A DNA stretch of 64,000 nt, taken from contig JBOHUM010000099.1 in the NCBI GenBank assembly GCA_050734515.1, positions 3,123 through 67,122 on the forward strand. The letters run 5' to 3'. Positions 1-8,541 of this stretch are shown piece after piece. A program made the position numbers and the translations under genes. Position 1 is the first letter of the stretch. The number at the start of each line of letters is the position of its first letter. The notes beneath the pieces are model-generated. The model had not been told where the DNA came from. It saw only the letters and a program-made list of their open reading frames with translations, and did not search any database. The stretch comes from Candidatus Dormibacteria bacterium. GTDB lineage: Bacteria; Chloroflexota; Dormibacteria; Aeolococcales; Bog-877.

Positions 1-498
1 TCCCAGGGTGCGCCCAGTGGTGGCCCAGAGGGCGATGAAGTAGACGATCGGCAGGATCCCGACGCCGACCGCCCCGATGGTGGACCCAGTCAGGGGTTGC
101 ATGGCCGCCGTGACCCCCCCGATGGCCAGAACGTCGATCCAGAGGCCACCGGCTCGAGGCCAGAAACCAGCGTAGCCGACACCGGGGAAGGGGCCGCCCG
201 GTCGCAAGCCGCGCATGCTGCCCCAGACCGGCAGCGGACTCGGATTGGGCGCAGGCAGGTCCCTCACCAGTTGGGCCAGGTCCCCGCGGGTCTTGGCGTG
301 GTAGGCGAGTTGGGTCCGCTCGCCCAACTCCTCGGAGGAGAGCCGACCCTGAAGGTGGTGCTCGGTCAGGACCGTTACCGTCTCCTCGCGGTCGGAATCG
401 GAGGCGCGGATGTCCCCGCGCCGTCGCCACCCCAGCCAGGCGGATGGCTCGGGCGGCAGGGGAGGCGGCAGCGACGTTCCCGGCGGGGGCTCAGCCAT
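1..498 (-). CDS. DUF1707 (SHOCT-like) domain membrane protein; 3' end lies beyond the left edge
   Basis: Absent from the ORF track because no stop lies inside the window. Hand translation from ATG 498-496 (in-frame TAG at 502-504 just upstream): MAEPPPGTSLPPPLPPEPSAWLGWRRRGDIRASDSDREETVTVLTEHHLQGRLSSEELGERTQLAYHAKTRGDLAQLVRDLPAP..., then hydrophobic ...STIGAVGVGILPIVYFIALWATTG. The DxDRE..L...GRL..EE..ER...A..A.T..DL..L..DLP pattern is the DUF1707 signature. Confidence 0.7.
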   Translation of the reverse strand, partial: MAEPPPGTSLPPPLPPEPSAWLGWRRRGDIRASDSDREETVTVLTEHHLQGRLSSEELGERTQLAYHAKTRGDLAQLVRDLPAPNPSPLPVWGSMRGLRPGGPFPGVGYAGFWPRAGGLWIDVLAIGGVTAAMQPLTGSTIGAVGVGILPIVYFIALWATTGRTLG

Positions 499-705
499 CG
501 ACTACCACTTCATCCTCCGTGGATCGCGACGCCTGGTGCAGGCGTCCGGGCGAAGACCGGACCTTTGGTCGGAAGGCGCTCGCTGGTCAAGGCGCCGAGT
601 ATGCCAGAGCCGGATCGAAGTCGAATCCCCGTTCTTCGTTGCGCCGATGGCATCGCCGCCCCAATCTCCTCAGATGGTGGCCTGGGCACGACGGGCGGCC
701 TCTGA

Positions 706-897
706 ATGGGCCTGTTGTCCCACATGGCGCACTCCTCGATGTATGGCGGACGGCCTCCTCGCGCCCAGGTCTCGGCCCTGGTGCTCGGGGCCGTCGTCGC
801 GACCGTCGTCGTCGGAGGCGCGGTCGGCGATCTAGTGGGCCGGCTGGCGTCGGTCGGTAGGGAGGGCGACCCAGCTGCAGAACGGCCGAGCCGCTGA
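706..897 (+). CDS. possible small membrane protein (hypothetical)
   Basis: 63-aa track ORF. Third codon positions are mostly G/C by hand count. One hydrophobic stretch, VSALVLGAVVATVVVGGAVG. No family recognised and no clear SD. Confidence 0.2.
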   Translation: MGLLSHMAHSSMYGGRPPRAQVSALVLGAVVATVVVGGAVGDLVGRLASVGREGDPAAERPSR

Positions 898-985
898 CCC
901 TCTGCCGCTCTTACCCCGCCATAGGCTTGCTGGCCCGTCGCCGCCACCTCCTCGCCACGAGCGCGGAGTCGCCCAAGCCAGCGGG

Positions 986-1423
986 TCAGTCCAGCGGGAG
1001 GGTCACCACCTGGCACAGTCTCCAGGGTGTCCGTGACGTGTCGAGCTCGAGCTCCAGCTGATGAGAGAGCAATGGCGCTGTCTGACGATCGCCCGCACTC
1101 AGGGCCTGAGTTCTGTCCTCGAAGCGGACTGTCAGCCAGAACCTTCCGGCCGCCTCGGGCGGCCGCCTCGATTCTGTCCACCGCAACCCCGATCGAGCCG
1201 GCAGCCAAGTAGCCCGCTTGGCGCGAAATGCCGCAGTCACCGCCAAGAGCTGGCCCAGCGCGGGAGAGGCCAGATAGCGAGCCAGTTCGAGATCATCACC
1301 GGCGGCGATCGCGGATTCGATTCCGTCAACCGTCTGCCGCAGGCGGTTGGTCGCCTCGGCAACGCCGCGCTCGTCGTCAGCTCCGAGCAGCCCAGCGCTC
1401 TTCAAAAGGCGCGCTGGAAACAC
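986..1423 (-). CDS. hypothetical protein, last gene of the Tad operon
   Basis: GTG start 1 nt after the stop of the upstream ParA-like gene (TGAAGTG). 145 aa, no TM segment, no motif I recognise (vaguely SnoaL/Tim44-like alpha+beta: ...RFWLTVRFED...WRLCQVVTL). Confidence 0.5.
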   Translation of the reverse strand: MFPARLLKSAGLLGADDERGVAEATNRLRQTVDGIESAIAAGDDLELARYLASPALGQLLAVTAAFRAKRATWLPARSGLRWTESRRPPEAAGRFWLTVRFEDRTQALSAGDRQTAPLLSHQLELELDTSRTPWRLCQVVTLPLD

Positions 1424-1424
1424 T

Positions 1425-2534
1425 TCAGTCGCTACCCCGAACCGGAGCTACCAGGTCCGGGACCAAGGCGTGGATAGCACGAGCAGCGGTCTGGTCCACC
1501 TCGACAAGCGACCGGAAGGTCCGGACGGCTTCGGTGACGGAGGCAGGCAGCCATGGTTGCCCGGCAACTCGACCTTCGCCGAGATAGCGCTGGGCCAACT
1601 CAAACCCGCCGCTGCCTGCTGGCTCGGCCACAATAAAGCGGACCCGGTTCACGCCGATTCGGCGCAGCCTCTCCTCCGACTCCCTGGCCGAGCGAAGGTG
1701 ACCCATCCGGGGCAGCGTCGGTATCAGTACGGTCTGGGCGGTCCGCAGCCAGAAGTGCGCCCAGGGGAGTGTGGCATCCTCGGAGATGTAGGGGATCGAG
1801 CCGAGGTCTACAACGATGGCGTCGAAGGTCGGAGCCAGAAAATAGGTGAGAAGGTAGTCCAAGTGCTCGCTCCCCACCGACTGGCACAGTTCATACCTCG
1901 CCGGTGCCAAGAGTGCTCGGATACCGGTTCCCGGCTGCTCCCACAGCAGTGAGTTCAACTGGAGTCGCCTCTCGGCGAGCTCCGCCAGCCGTGCCATAAC
2001 ACGATCAAGGCGTGCCTCACTCGCCCGATCTTGGTCAAGGTTAGCGGCGCCGAGCCGCAGGTCGACACCGGGGCATGTCCGGTCGGAGTCCACTAGCAGC
2101 ACCTGGGCCTCGTCGTCGCCCGCCCCAAGACGAAGGATCGTCGCCAAGTTGAGAGCGAGTTCGGTGTGCCCACTGCCGCCCCGCCCCGCGGCGACGACCA
2201 CAACCATCGGCGATCCTCGGAGACCGGCGACACTGGTCGACATGGGTAAACGAGGGTCGGTAGTGTCCGACCCTCGGCGCCTCGGATCGCGGAATCTCCT
2301 TATGAGTCTGCCGCGGGGGCTAGCAGACTTGTGTACCTTGCGCGGGGGCTCCTGAGCCAGGACCAGCAGTGGGTGTCGCACTGTGATCCCGCTCACGTCG
2401 CTCCCCGAACTCTCCGTCCACAGCAAGGCTCCAGCAGCTCGTCCCGGGGCAACCTCCGGCGGAGGTACGATTGGCGGGAGCTCTGGCGCTTCAGAGGTCG
2501 CCCCGGCCGTGTCGTCCGGGGGCCGCCTCAGCAT
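1425..2534 (-). CDS. ParA/MinD/CpaE-like protein with a lysine-less P-loop (second TadZ-like gene)
   Basis: ATG 2534 overlaps the TadG-like stop (ATGCTGA). Core is MVVVVAAGRGGSGHTELALNLA...VLLVDSD...AIVVDLG. The P-loop reads GRGGSGHT instead of KGGxGK[ST]. The track ORF runs to 2666, so the start is uncertain (alternative ATG 2243). Confidence 0.7.
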   Translation of the reverse strand: MLRRPPDDTAGATSEAPELPPIVPPPEVAPGRAAGALLWTESSGSDVSGITVRHPLLVLAQEPPRKVHKSASPRGRLIRRFRDPRRRGSDTTDPRLPMSTSVAGLRGSPMVVVVAAGRGGSGHTELALNLATILRLGAGDDEAQVLLVDSDRTCPGVDLRLGAANLDQDRASEARLDRVMARLAELAERRLQLNSLLWEQPGTGIRALLAPARYELCQSVGSEHLDYLLTYFLAPTFDAIVVDLGSIPYISEDATLPWAHFWLRTAQTVLIPTLPRMGHLRSARESEERLRRIGVNRVRFIVAEPAGSGGFELAQRYLGEGRVAGQPWLPASVTEAVRTFRSLVEVDQTAARAIHALVPDLVAPVRGSD

Positions 2535-3142
2535 TGGATTGGCCCCGAGCCCACGCGCGCAGAGGCTGGACCGAACCCGTGCTCCAGCCACGAGTCCGAA
2601 GTGGCACGCACCGCCACCCGCTTCCATGCGCCGAAGGCCAGTAGAGGCAAGCCCACCGTGTTCCACGCCGCCACCTCAACCCCGGCCGCGGCTAGCGGAT
2701 CTGGCGCTGGTCGCGGTCCAGAGTTAGCTGTTCGACAGTCGGCAAGCAGAGCGTAGTCGCATCCGGGCCCAGTCCTGCCAGCCCCGGCGATCGCCGAAAG
2801 CGGTACCAGTGTGCAGGTCCTCCCCAGGGAGGGGTAGCTTGCCGCGAGAGTGGTCTCGATCAAGTCGCTCACGCTGCCGATTCCGTTACCGCAGTCCTCT
2901 CCACCGTCCGGGATCGCGCACAGCGCGTAGGTGTCCCGATTAGTGAGAGCAGTCACGTCAAGTGCCTGTGACCCGGCCTCCGCGGCAGCCTGGACAGCGC
3001 CTACCAGCGTGGCGTGGTCAGACACCAGCGTGCCCCCGTCGACCGCGAGACCGGCCACCGGCAGCAGCAGAAGCGCCAGCAGGAGGGCAAACAGGGGCAA
3101 GATCTGGCCAGACCGTCGGTTCGAGACGGAACGATTCCTCAC
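2528..3142 (-). CDS. TadG/TadE-like pseudopilin (Tad_N-type N-terminus)
   Basis: GTG start. N-terminus is RRSGQILPLFALLLALLLLPVAGLAVDGG, typical of TadE/G-like pilus assembly proteins. Confidence 0.7.
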   Translation of the reverse strand: MRNRSVSNRRSGQILPLFALLLALLLLPVAGLAVDGGTLVSDHATLVGAVQAAAEAGSQALDVTALTNRDTYALCAIPDGGEDCGNGIGSVSDLIETTLAASYPSLGRTCTLVPLSAIAGAGRTGPGCDYALLADCRTANSGPRPAPDPLAAAGVEVAAWNTVGLPLLAFGAWKRVAVRATSDSWLEHGFGPASARVGSGPIQC

Positions 3143-3151
3143 CGGCCCGCC

Positions 3152-3730
3152 TCAGCACTCGTCCCCGGTGGGGTCCTGGCCAGGGTCGCGGCTGCGGAAG
3201 GGCTCCACCTTGTCCGTCGTACTGGAGACCAATCGGGGAGAGAGCCACCCGCCCACCAGGGGGATCCAACTGAGGTCCGGCCGATAGGCGAAGGCTACAA
3301 AAATGTCCCCGTCGGTCGGGCCTGCAGCAGCCGCCCCACCCCCAACTCGGCAGAACGAATCGTCAGCAGCGCCATAACCAAACCAGAGTACGTAGGAGCC
3401 CCCTCCGAGACGTGCCCGTAGGGACGACGTACTGGGTAGCGGCCCGACGCACGCTCCGTCCAGTGGGTCGAGGAGGGACCCGCGGAGCAATCCTCGGTTG
3501 TCATCAACCACGGTCATCAGTTCACGATGCATGTCACTGCACGCCTGCTCCGCATCGACGCCGCGAGCGCCCACCAGCGCGGCGGCGGTGCTCGCCGACT
3601 CCATTGCCAGCTGTGTTTTGGCCAGCTGGACGATGGCAGCGGCGCCGCACCCGAGTAGTAGCAGCACTGGGAGCACAAGGGCCAGCTCGACCAGGGCCTG
3701 CCCTCGCCGCCGCCCGGGACGCCCGGACAT
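3152..3730 (-). CDS. TadE-like protein
   Basis: Internal ATG 3730 forms a TGATG junction with the upstream stop. N-terminus is MSGRPGRRRGQALVELALVLPVLLLLGCG (TadE signature). The 51 extra codons in the track ORF are antisense overlap. Confidence 0.75.
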   Translation of the reverse strand: MSGRPGRRRGQALVELALVLPVLLLLGCGAAAIVQLAKTQLAMESASTAAALVGARGVDAEQACSDMHRELMTVVDDNRGLLRGSLLDPLDGACVGPLPSTSSLRARLGGGSYVLWFGYGAADDSFCRVGGGAAAAGPTDGDIFVAFAYRPDLSWIPLVGGWLSPRLVSSTTDKVEPFRSRDPGQDPTGDEC

Positions 3731-4404
3731 CACGAGGTGAGCCCCTCGACCTGCAAGCGCAGCTTCACGCTGACCGGCACGGCGTCGAGACCCGCGGAAC
3801 TGACGAGGGGCACCACGCTCCTCAAGGTCCCGCGAATCCATATGTCGACCATGCGCGGTGGCCAGCTCGTGTATGCCAGGCACACCCGGACGATCCCCTG
3901 ACCCGTCGGGCCGAGACAGGGGCGCATGGACCCTGCCGAACCGAAGCAGCCTCCAGTCGCACAGCGGGGATTCTGTGCTCCGTCAAGCTGCCCGGGTGCC
4001 GGACCGAGGTCCGCGGCGCCGGGCGCGAGCGATGACGCATAGCAGGGTCCCAGCGACCCCATGTCCGGTACCGAGCCTGCGTAGCGTACGCACTGTTGAG
4101 GAGGGCCACAGTCCTCCCGCCACGCCGGTGTGGTGCCGCACGCCGTCGCTCGCCCCAAGCCAAGCACCTCCGCTCGGATGGCTTCAACCGCGGCACTCTG
4201 ACCTTGGATCAGTCGTGCCAGCGGCTCTCCCGGCAGCGGCCCGGCTGAGGCCGCTCGGGCTCCGGCCAAAGCCGCACTCTGAACTCCTTCCGAGGCAAAG
4301 GTTGACAACCCCAGCTGCGTCGCTGCCAGCGTTGCCACGAGAAAGAGGGCGACACCCAATGCCATCTCCACCATCGCTTGGCCACGCTCCCGACGGTCTG
4401 TCAT
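3730..4404 (-). CDS. TadE-like protein
   Basis: N-terminus RERGQAMVEMALGVALFLVATLAATQ. ATGA overlap with the tadC stop at 4401-4404. Confidence 0.75.
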   Translation of the reverse strand: MTDRRERGQAMVEMALGVALFLVATLAATQLGLSTFASEGVQSAALAGARAASAGPLPGEPLARLIQGQSAAVEAIRAEVLGLGRATACGTTPAWREDCGPPQQCVRYAGSVPDMGSLGPCYASSLAPGAADLGPAPGQLDGAQNPRCATGGCFGSAGSMRPCLGPTGQGIVRVCLAYTSWPPRMVDIWIRGTLRSVVPLVSSAGLDAVPVSVKLRLQVEGLTS

Positions 4405-5309
4405 GAGAAGGCCCGCGAGAGCCGCTCCAGAGCGGGGTAGAGGACGATGACCACGAACGGAAGCAGAATGCAGAGGGCGACGGGCAGCAGCATCGTCACT
4501 AAGGCGCGCCGACCCCGCGCCATCAGCTCATCGCGTTGGCGGTCGCGCAGTCCTCGGGCGAGCTGGCCGAGAGGGGAGCTGGCGGCCACGCCCTCCTCGC
4601 GCTGAACGCGGACGAACGTCGCCAACGCGGCGAGTTCAGGGACGCCCAACTCTCCAGCAGCCCGCTCTAATTGCTTATCGAGGCTCGGCGTCCCCGGGGT
4701 GGCAGAGGCGGCCAGACACGCCCTAAGCAGGCGGGCTCCCTCCCCGCCCAGCTGGGAGACCACGGATTCCATCGCGGCGCGAGCCCCGATTCCACCACCG
4801 CCCTGCTCCAGTGCCATTAGGTCGACGAGGATTGGGAGTTGATCGGTGATGGCTCGCCGCCTGCCTCTTAGGCGGCGCTCCAGATGGAGTGACAGCAGTA
4901 CCGGGGCGGTCAAAGCCAACAAGACTGCGACGCTGGGGTCGAGCCACCCCATCCATACCAACGCTGCGCCCACAATCCCAAACGCCAGCAACGCCCCCCC
5001 TACCAGGCTCGCGGCATCGTCAGGAGTTGCGTCGATGCCAGCCGCGCGAAGCCTCCTCAGCAAGGGCTGTCGCAGTGAGTCCGGGAGTATGGCTCCTACC
5101 GCATTGACCCACAGTCGCACCATCCATCTGGGACGGAGCGCGGGCCACCTTGCTGCATCGCTCGCTGGTGTCAAGCGCTGGGACTCGCGTGCCTGCAGCC
5201 AGCTGGCTACCGTCGGCCGCCGTGGCCAGGCTGCGCTTGCGGCCCCGGTCACCAAGGCCAGCCCGAACGCCCCCACAATGGCCACAACGGACCATGGCCA
5301 GTCAGCCAC
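4401..5309 (-). CDS. tadC: TadC-like type II secretion system F-family membrane protein
   Basis: Polytopic membrane protein with a T2SSF-like loop, ...QLPILVDLMALEQGGGGIGARAAMESVV..., positioned after tadB. Confidence 0.8.
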   Translation of the reverse strand: MADWPWSVVAIVGAFGLALVTGAASAAWPRRPTVASWLQARESQRLTPASDAARWPALRPRWMVRLWVNAVGAILPDSLRQPLLRRLRAAGIDATPDDAASLVGGALLAFGIVGAALVWMGWLDPSVAVLLALTAPVLLSLHLERRLRGRRRAITDQLPILVDLMALEQGGGGIGARAAMESVVSQLGGEGARLLRACLAASATPGTPSLDKQLERAAGELGVPELAALATFVRVQREEGVAASSPLGQLARGLRDRQRDELMARGRRALVTMLLPVALCILLPFVVIVLYPALERLSRAFS

Positions 5310-6276
5310 TCTCGCGCCTCGCGACCGTGACCGGAGTGCCCGCGGTTGACCCGTTCGCTGTCTTGTCTTCGTAGCCTGTTCCGTACCCTCTTGACCTCGC
5401 TAGCGCACCATGCCGCGGGCGGGGTCGGTCTCCATCACGTGCGATGGGAAGGACGTCAGGCTCCGGAAGCCGCAGGATCCTGAGCATCCAGAGGTATCCG
5501 ACAAGGATCACCGTGAGCGCCGCCGCCAACACAAGCTGACCGCCGGCGCTGCCGTAGGGCGCTAAGTACTGTGGATTCACGACACGCAGAGCCGCCAGCA
5601 AGACAAATGGCATCGCGCCTATTACAAGGGCGCCTAGGCGACCGTGAGCCTGCTCTGCACGCAATTGCCCCTGAACGGACTCAATCTGGTGGGCGGCTCG
5701 GCTAAGTTCCTTGAGTAACGGCGACAATCGGCCACCAGACCGGCTCCCTACGATCAGCGTGGCGGCCACCAGCGTGAAGATTGGTTCACCCAGACTTCGC
5801 TCCGTCATGCGTAAAGAGTTCTCCAGGGACATGTGGTCGAGCCTGGCTACTGCCACTCGCAGCTCGGTGCGGAGATCAGGAGGGCCGCTTTCGGCGAGGA
5901 CTGCTAAAGCCTGGCGAGCTCCGTGTCCTGCAGGAAGCATTTGAGCCAAGAGGTCGACCATGGTTAGCAGTGATACCTGCAAGCGCGCCCGTCTCCGTGC
6001 TCGGTGCAGGGCGCCACCTCCTTGAACCATGCTCCAGCAGAGAACGGCAACTACGGCCGCAGGAGCAACGAGGCCTAGCACGGCGTACGCAACCAGCCCA
6101 CCGATGGTCGCCCCGGCCGCTGGGAGCCAGCAACGCTTCAGCAGCACTCGGGCGCTCCGACCGCCTAAGCCGCCTGGCCACGTAGCCCGCTGTGCTGGCC
6201 CCCACATCAGACTAGCCAGCGCTACCGTGCCGCCCAACGCGCCGGCCGCCGCCAGTATCACTGCCCCCGGAAGCAC
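5302..6276 (-). CDS. tadB: TadB-like type II secretion system F-family membrane protein
   Basis: Polytopic membrane protein, ...LLTMVDLLAQMLPAGHGARQALAVLAE..., positioned directly after tadA. Confidence 0.8.
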   Translation of the reverse strand: MLPGAVILAAAGALGGTVALASLMWGPAQRATWPGGLGGRSARVLLKRCWLPAAGATIGGLVAYAVLGLVAPAAVVAVLCWSMVQGGGALHRARRRARLQVSLLTMVDLLAQMLPAGHGARQALAVLAESGPPDLRTELRVAVARLDHMSLENSLRMTERSLGEPIFTLVAATLIVGSRSGGRLSPLLKELSRAAHQIESVQGQLRAEQAHGRLGALVIGAMPFVLLAALRVVNPQYLAPYGSAGGQLVLAAALTVILVGYLWMLRILRLPEPDVLPIARDGDRPRPRHGALARSRGYGTGYEDKTANGSTAGTPVTVARRESG

Positions 6277-6279
6277 TCG

Positions 6280-7662
6280 CTACACCGCGACCTTGCGGTC
6301 TCCCATAGGCCCGACAACACCACCAAGGTCGATGGCCGCCGACTCGAACTTGTCCGCCAGCTTCGGTGGCAGATCATCCAGGCGCCCTCTGGGCCAGCAC
6401 CACACCCCTCTGGCCCGATCGAGGCGGCACACGTCCTCAACCACGGGCGTCTCCCCCTCGACCTGGCCGGTCACCATCCCGAGTGCGGTTAGTACCCTTC
6501 GATCCCGCCCGTCCGTGCCCCGGAAGCGGCCCAGGTGCACCACCATGTCCACCTTTGCCGCCAGCTCACGCGCCACGGCTCCCGGGTCCGCCCGCATTTG
6601 GGCTGGGTGCCTCCGTACCAAGGCAGCCAGTCGAGCCAGCGCGTCTCGGACGCTGTTGGCATGTATGGTGGTCCCGCTCCCGTCGTGTCCCGTGCCCATC
6701 GCATCGATAACATCCAGTGCCTCGGCTCCGCGCGATTCACCCACGAATATGCGATCTGGCCGCTGACGCAGTGCGTTGCGTACCAACTGTTGAATCGTGA
6801 CCTCTCCCCGCCCCTCGGTGTTCGGCTCCCTCGCCTCCATAGAGATCGTGTTTGGCCTACCACCATCCGACGTCCTGATATGCAGCTCTCGCTGGTCTTC
6901 AATAGTGATCAATCTCTCAACCCGCGGAATCTCGGAGATGAGCAGGCGCAGGAGGGTCGTCTTCCCGCTCCCTGTTGCCCCGGCGACGACAAGATTCAGG
7001 CGAGCGCGCACGGCCGCTTGTAGTACGGGCACCAACTCCCAGGGAATGGTTCCGACCTTCGCAAGGTCGGTCAACTGACCGAAGCGAGCCAGTTGGTGTC
7101 GCCTGATGGTCACGGCCATGGGTTGTGCGATGGGAGGCAAAACGGCGTTCAGGCGCGAGCCATCTACCAGGGTCGCCGTCACCATCGGACTCGCCCGGTC
7201 CAGGTGGGACGCACCGTCGCCCAGCATGTGCCGGACCGTTTCCGCAAGTGCCGCCTCGCTGGCGAACTCGACGCCAGCCGGAATCTGCTCCCCATCGCGG
7301 ACTATAAGGACCTCCTTCGGCCCGTTGACTATGATCTCCTCCACCATCGGATCGGCGAGCAGACCAGTAAACGGTCCTAGTGGAGCAACGCTGAAGAGGA
7401 CCTTACGCGCAACGGTGGCATACCCCTCCTTGTCCAGCACGGGCCGACTCTGATGGGGAGCGGCCGCATGGTAAAGCTCGATCTCCTGCGCGACTATCTT
7501 CTCGATCCACTCCTTGTCCTCCTGGAGCAGACTGGGGTCGGCGCGCGCTGACAGGCGCTCTGTGATGTGAGCCTGGACTCGATTCAGCACCTGGCGCCAG
7601 ACTAGGTCGATGGGATCGACCTTGTCTGGTCCTGAGGCGGAAAGTGTCTGATCGGTGCTCAC
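6280..7662 (-). CDS. tadA: CpaF/TadA secretion ATPase
   Basis: Walker A VVAGATGSGKTTLL, then ITIEDQRELH and VGESRGAEALDVIDAMGTGHDGSGTTIHANS. GTG start overlaps the upstream stop (GTGA, 7659-7662). Confidence 0.95.
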   Translation of the reverse strand: MSTDQTLSASGPDKVDPIDLVWRQVLNRVQAHITERLSARADPSLLQEDKEWIEKIVAQEIELYHAAAPHQSRPVLDKEGYATVARKVLFSVAPLGPFTGLLADPMVEEIIVNGPKEVLIVRDGEQIPAGVEFASEAALAETVRHMLGDGASHLDRASPMVTATLVDGSRLNAVLPPIAQPMAVTIRRHQLARFGQLTDLAKVGTIPWELVPVLQAAVRARLNLVVAGATGSGKTTLLRLLISEIPRVERLITIEDQRELHIRTSDGGRPNTISMEAREPNTEGRGEVTIQQLVRNALRQRPDRIFVGESRGAEALDVIDAMGTGHDGSGTTIHANSVRDALARLAALVRRHPAQMRADPGAVARELAAKVDMVVHLGRFRGTDGRDRRVLTALGMVTGQVEGETPVVEDVCRLDRARGVWCWPRGRLDDLPPKLADKFESAAIDLGGVVGPMGDRKVAV

Positions 7663-8540
7663 GTTTGCTCGATCATTCGAGGGCCCGGCGGCGACGGGAC
7701 GGTAAGCCGAGATTGATTCGCGAGTTCATTCTGGACGCACGCAAGCACCACCCCCCCTACGTGCCTCAATCGCTCCGCGAGTGGACCTCCAGCCGCCGCC
7801 GGCTGGACTCGGGCCTCCGCTTCGAGGCAGGCACGACGGCTCTCCGGGACAGAACCTCCGACCGCCATCCCATATCGGTCGGAAAGGGCGCGCTCAGGTT
7901 CGCGTAAGCATCCTGTCGCGACCTTGTTGATCACTGCCAGCGATGGTCGGCTGCGCAGGGCGGCAGCCAAGGGCCCCGCGACTACCCGATCAAAGAGGTC
8001 GGTACCCGATCTGGTGGGCACGATCACCCAGACGATCATTTGGCTCGCCAAGGCAGTAGCCTGCGCCTCTGGGCATACCAACGCCCCCGCATCGAGGACC
8101 ACAAGTTCGTGGCGCGCGGCGAGCAACCGAACCGTATCCGACAGGATCGGCGCAGATGATAGGTGGCCTGGCGCGGCCACGCTCCTGCCGGCGAGAACGT
8201 CGACGCCATTGCTCAACTGGAGGTGCCTGGTGAGGAGTTCGTCATCGACCGGGCGCAGGGTAGCCTCGTGGGCGAGGAAGCTGAGGGAGCGGTCCTCCCT
8301 GAGGCCAAGCTGGACCGCTATTGCGCCTAGGTGCGGATCGGCATCAACCAAGGCGACGGTCAGCCCGGACGCGGCGGCGACCGCGGCCAGATTGATGCTG
8401 ATGAAGGTCCGCCCGGGCGCTCCGGTAGCACCCGTCACCGCCACGACGACGCCAGACCCGCCGAGGCCTCCATTGAGTCCATCCCGGCCATCGACTGGGT
8501 GGGCGCCCATCGAGCGTCTCAGCTTGAAGCGGAGGTCCAT
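7659..8540 (-). CDS. TadZ/CpaE-like ParA-family protein with a lysine-less P-loop
   Basis: VVVAVTGATGAPGRTFISINLAAVAAASGLTVALVDAD. The P-loop is GATGAPGRT (Arg in place of the Walker Lys). ATG 8540 lies 1 nt after the cpaB stop, so the track start at 8579 is probably too long. Confidence 0.7.
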   Translation of the reverse strand: MDLRFKLRRSMGAHPVDGRDGLNGGLGGSGVVVAVTGATGAPGRTFISINLAAVAAASGLTVALVDADPHLGAIAVQLGLREDRSLSFLAHEATLRPVDDELLTRHLQLSNGVDVLAGRSVAAPGHLSSAPILSDTVRLLAARHELVVLDAGALVCPEAQATALASQMIVWVIVPTRSGTDLFDRVVAGPLAAALRSRPSLAVINKVATGCLREPERALSDRYGMAVGGSVPESRRACLEAEARVQPAAAGGPLAERLRHVGGVVLACVQNELANQSRLTVPSPPGPRMIEQT

Positions 8541-8541
8541 T

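Noticed and set aside
1425-2666. Full-length 413-aa version of the second ParA-like ORF
   Set aside because: The first 44 codons overlap the TadG-like gene. ATG 2534 gives the typical short overlap with the upstream stop. The exact start (2534 or 2243) remains open.
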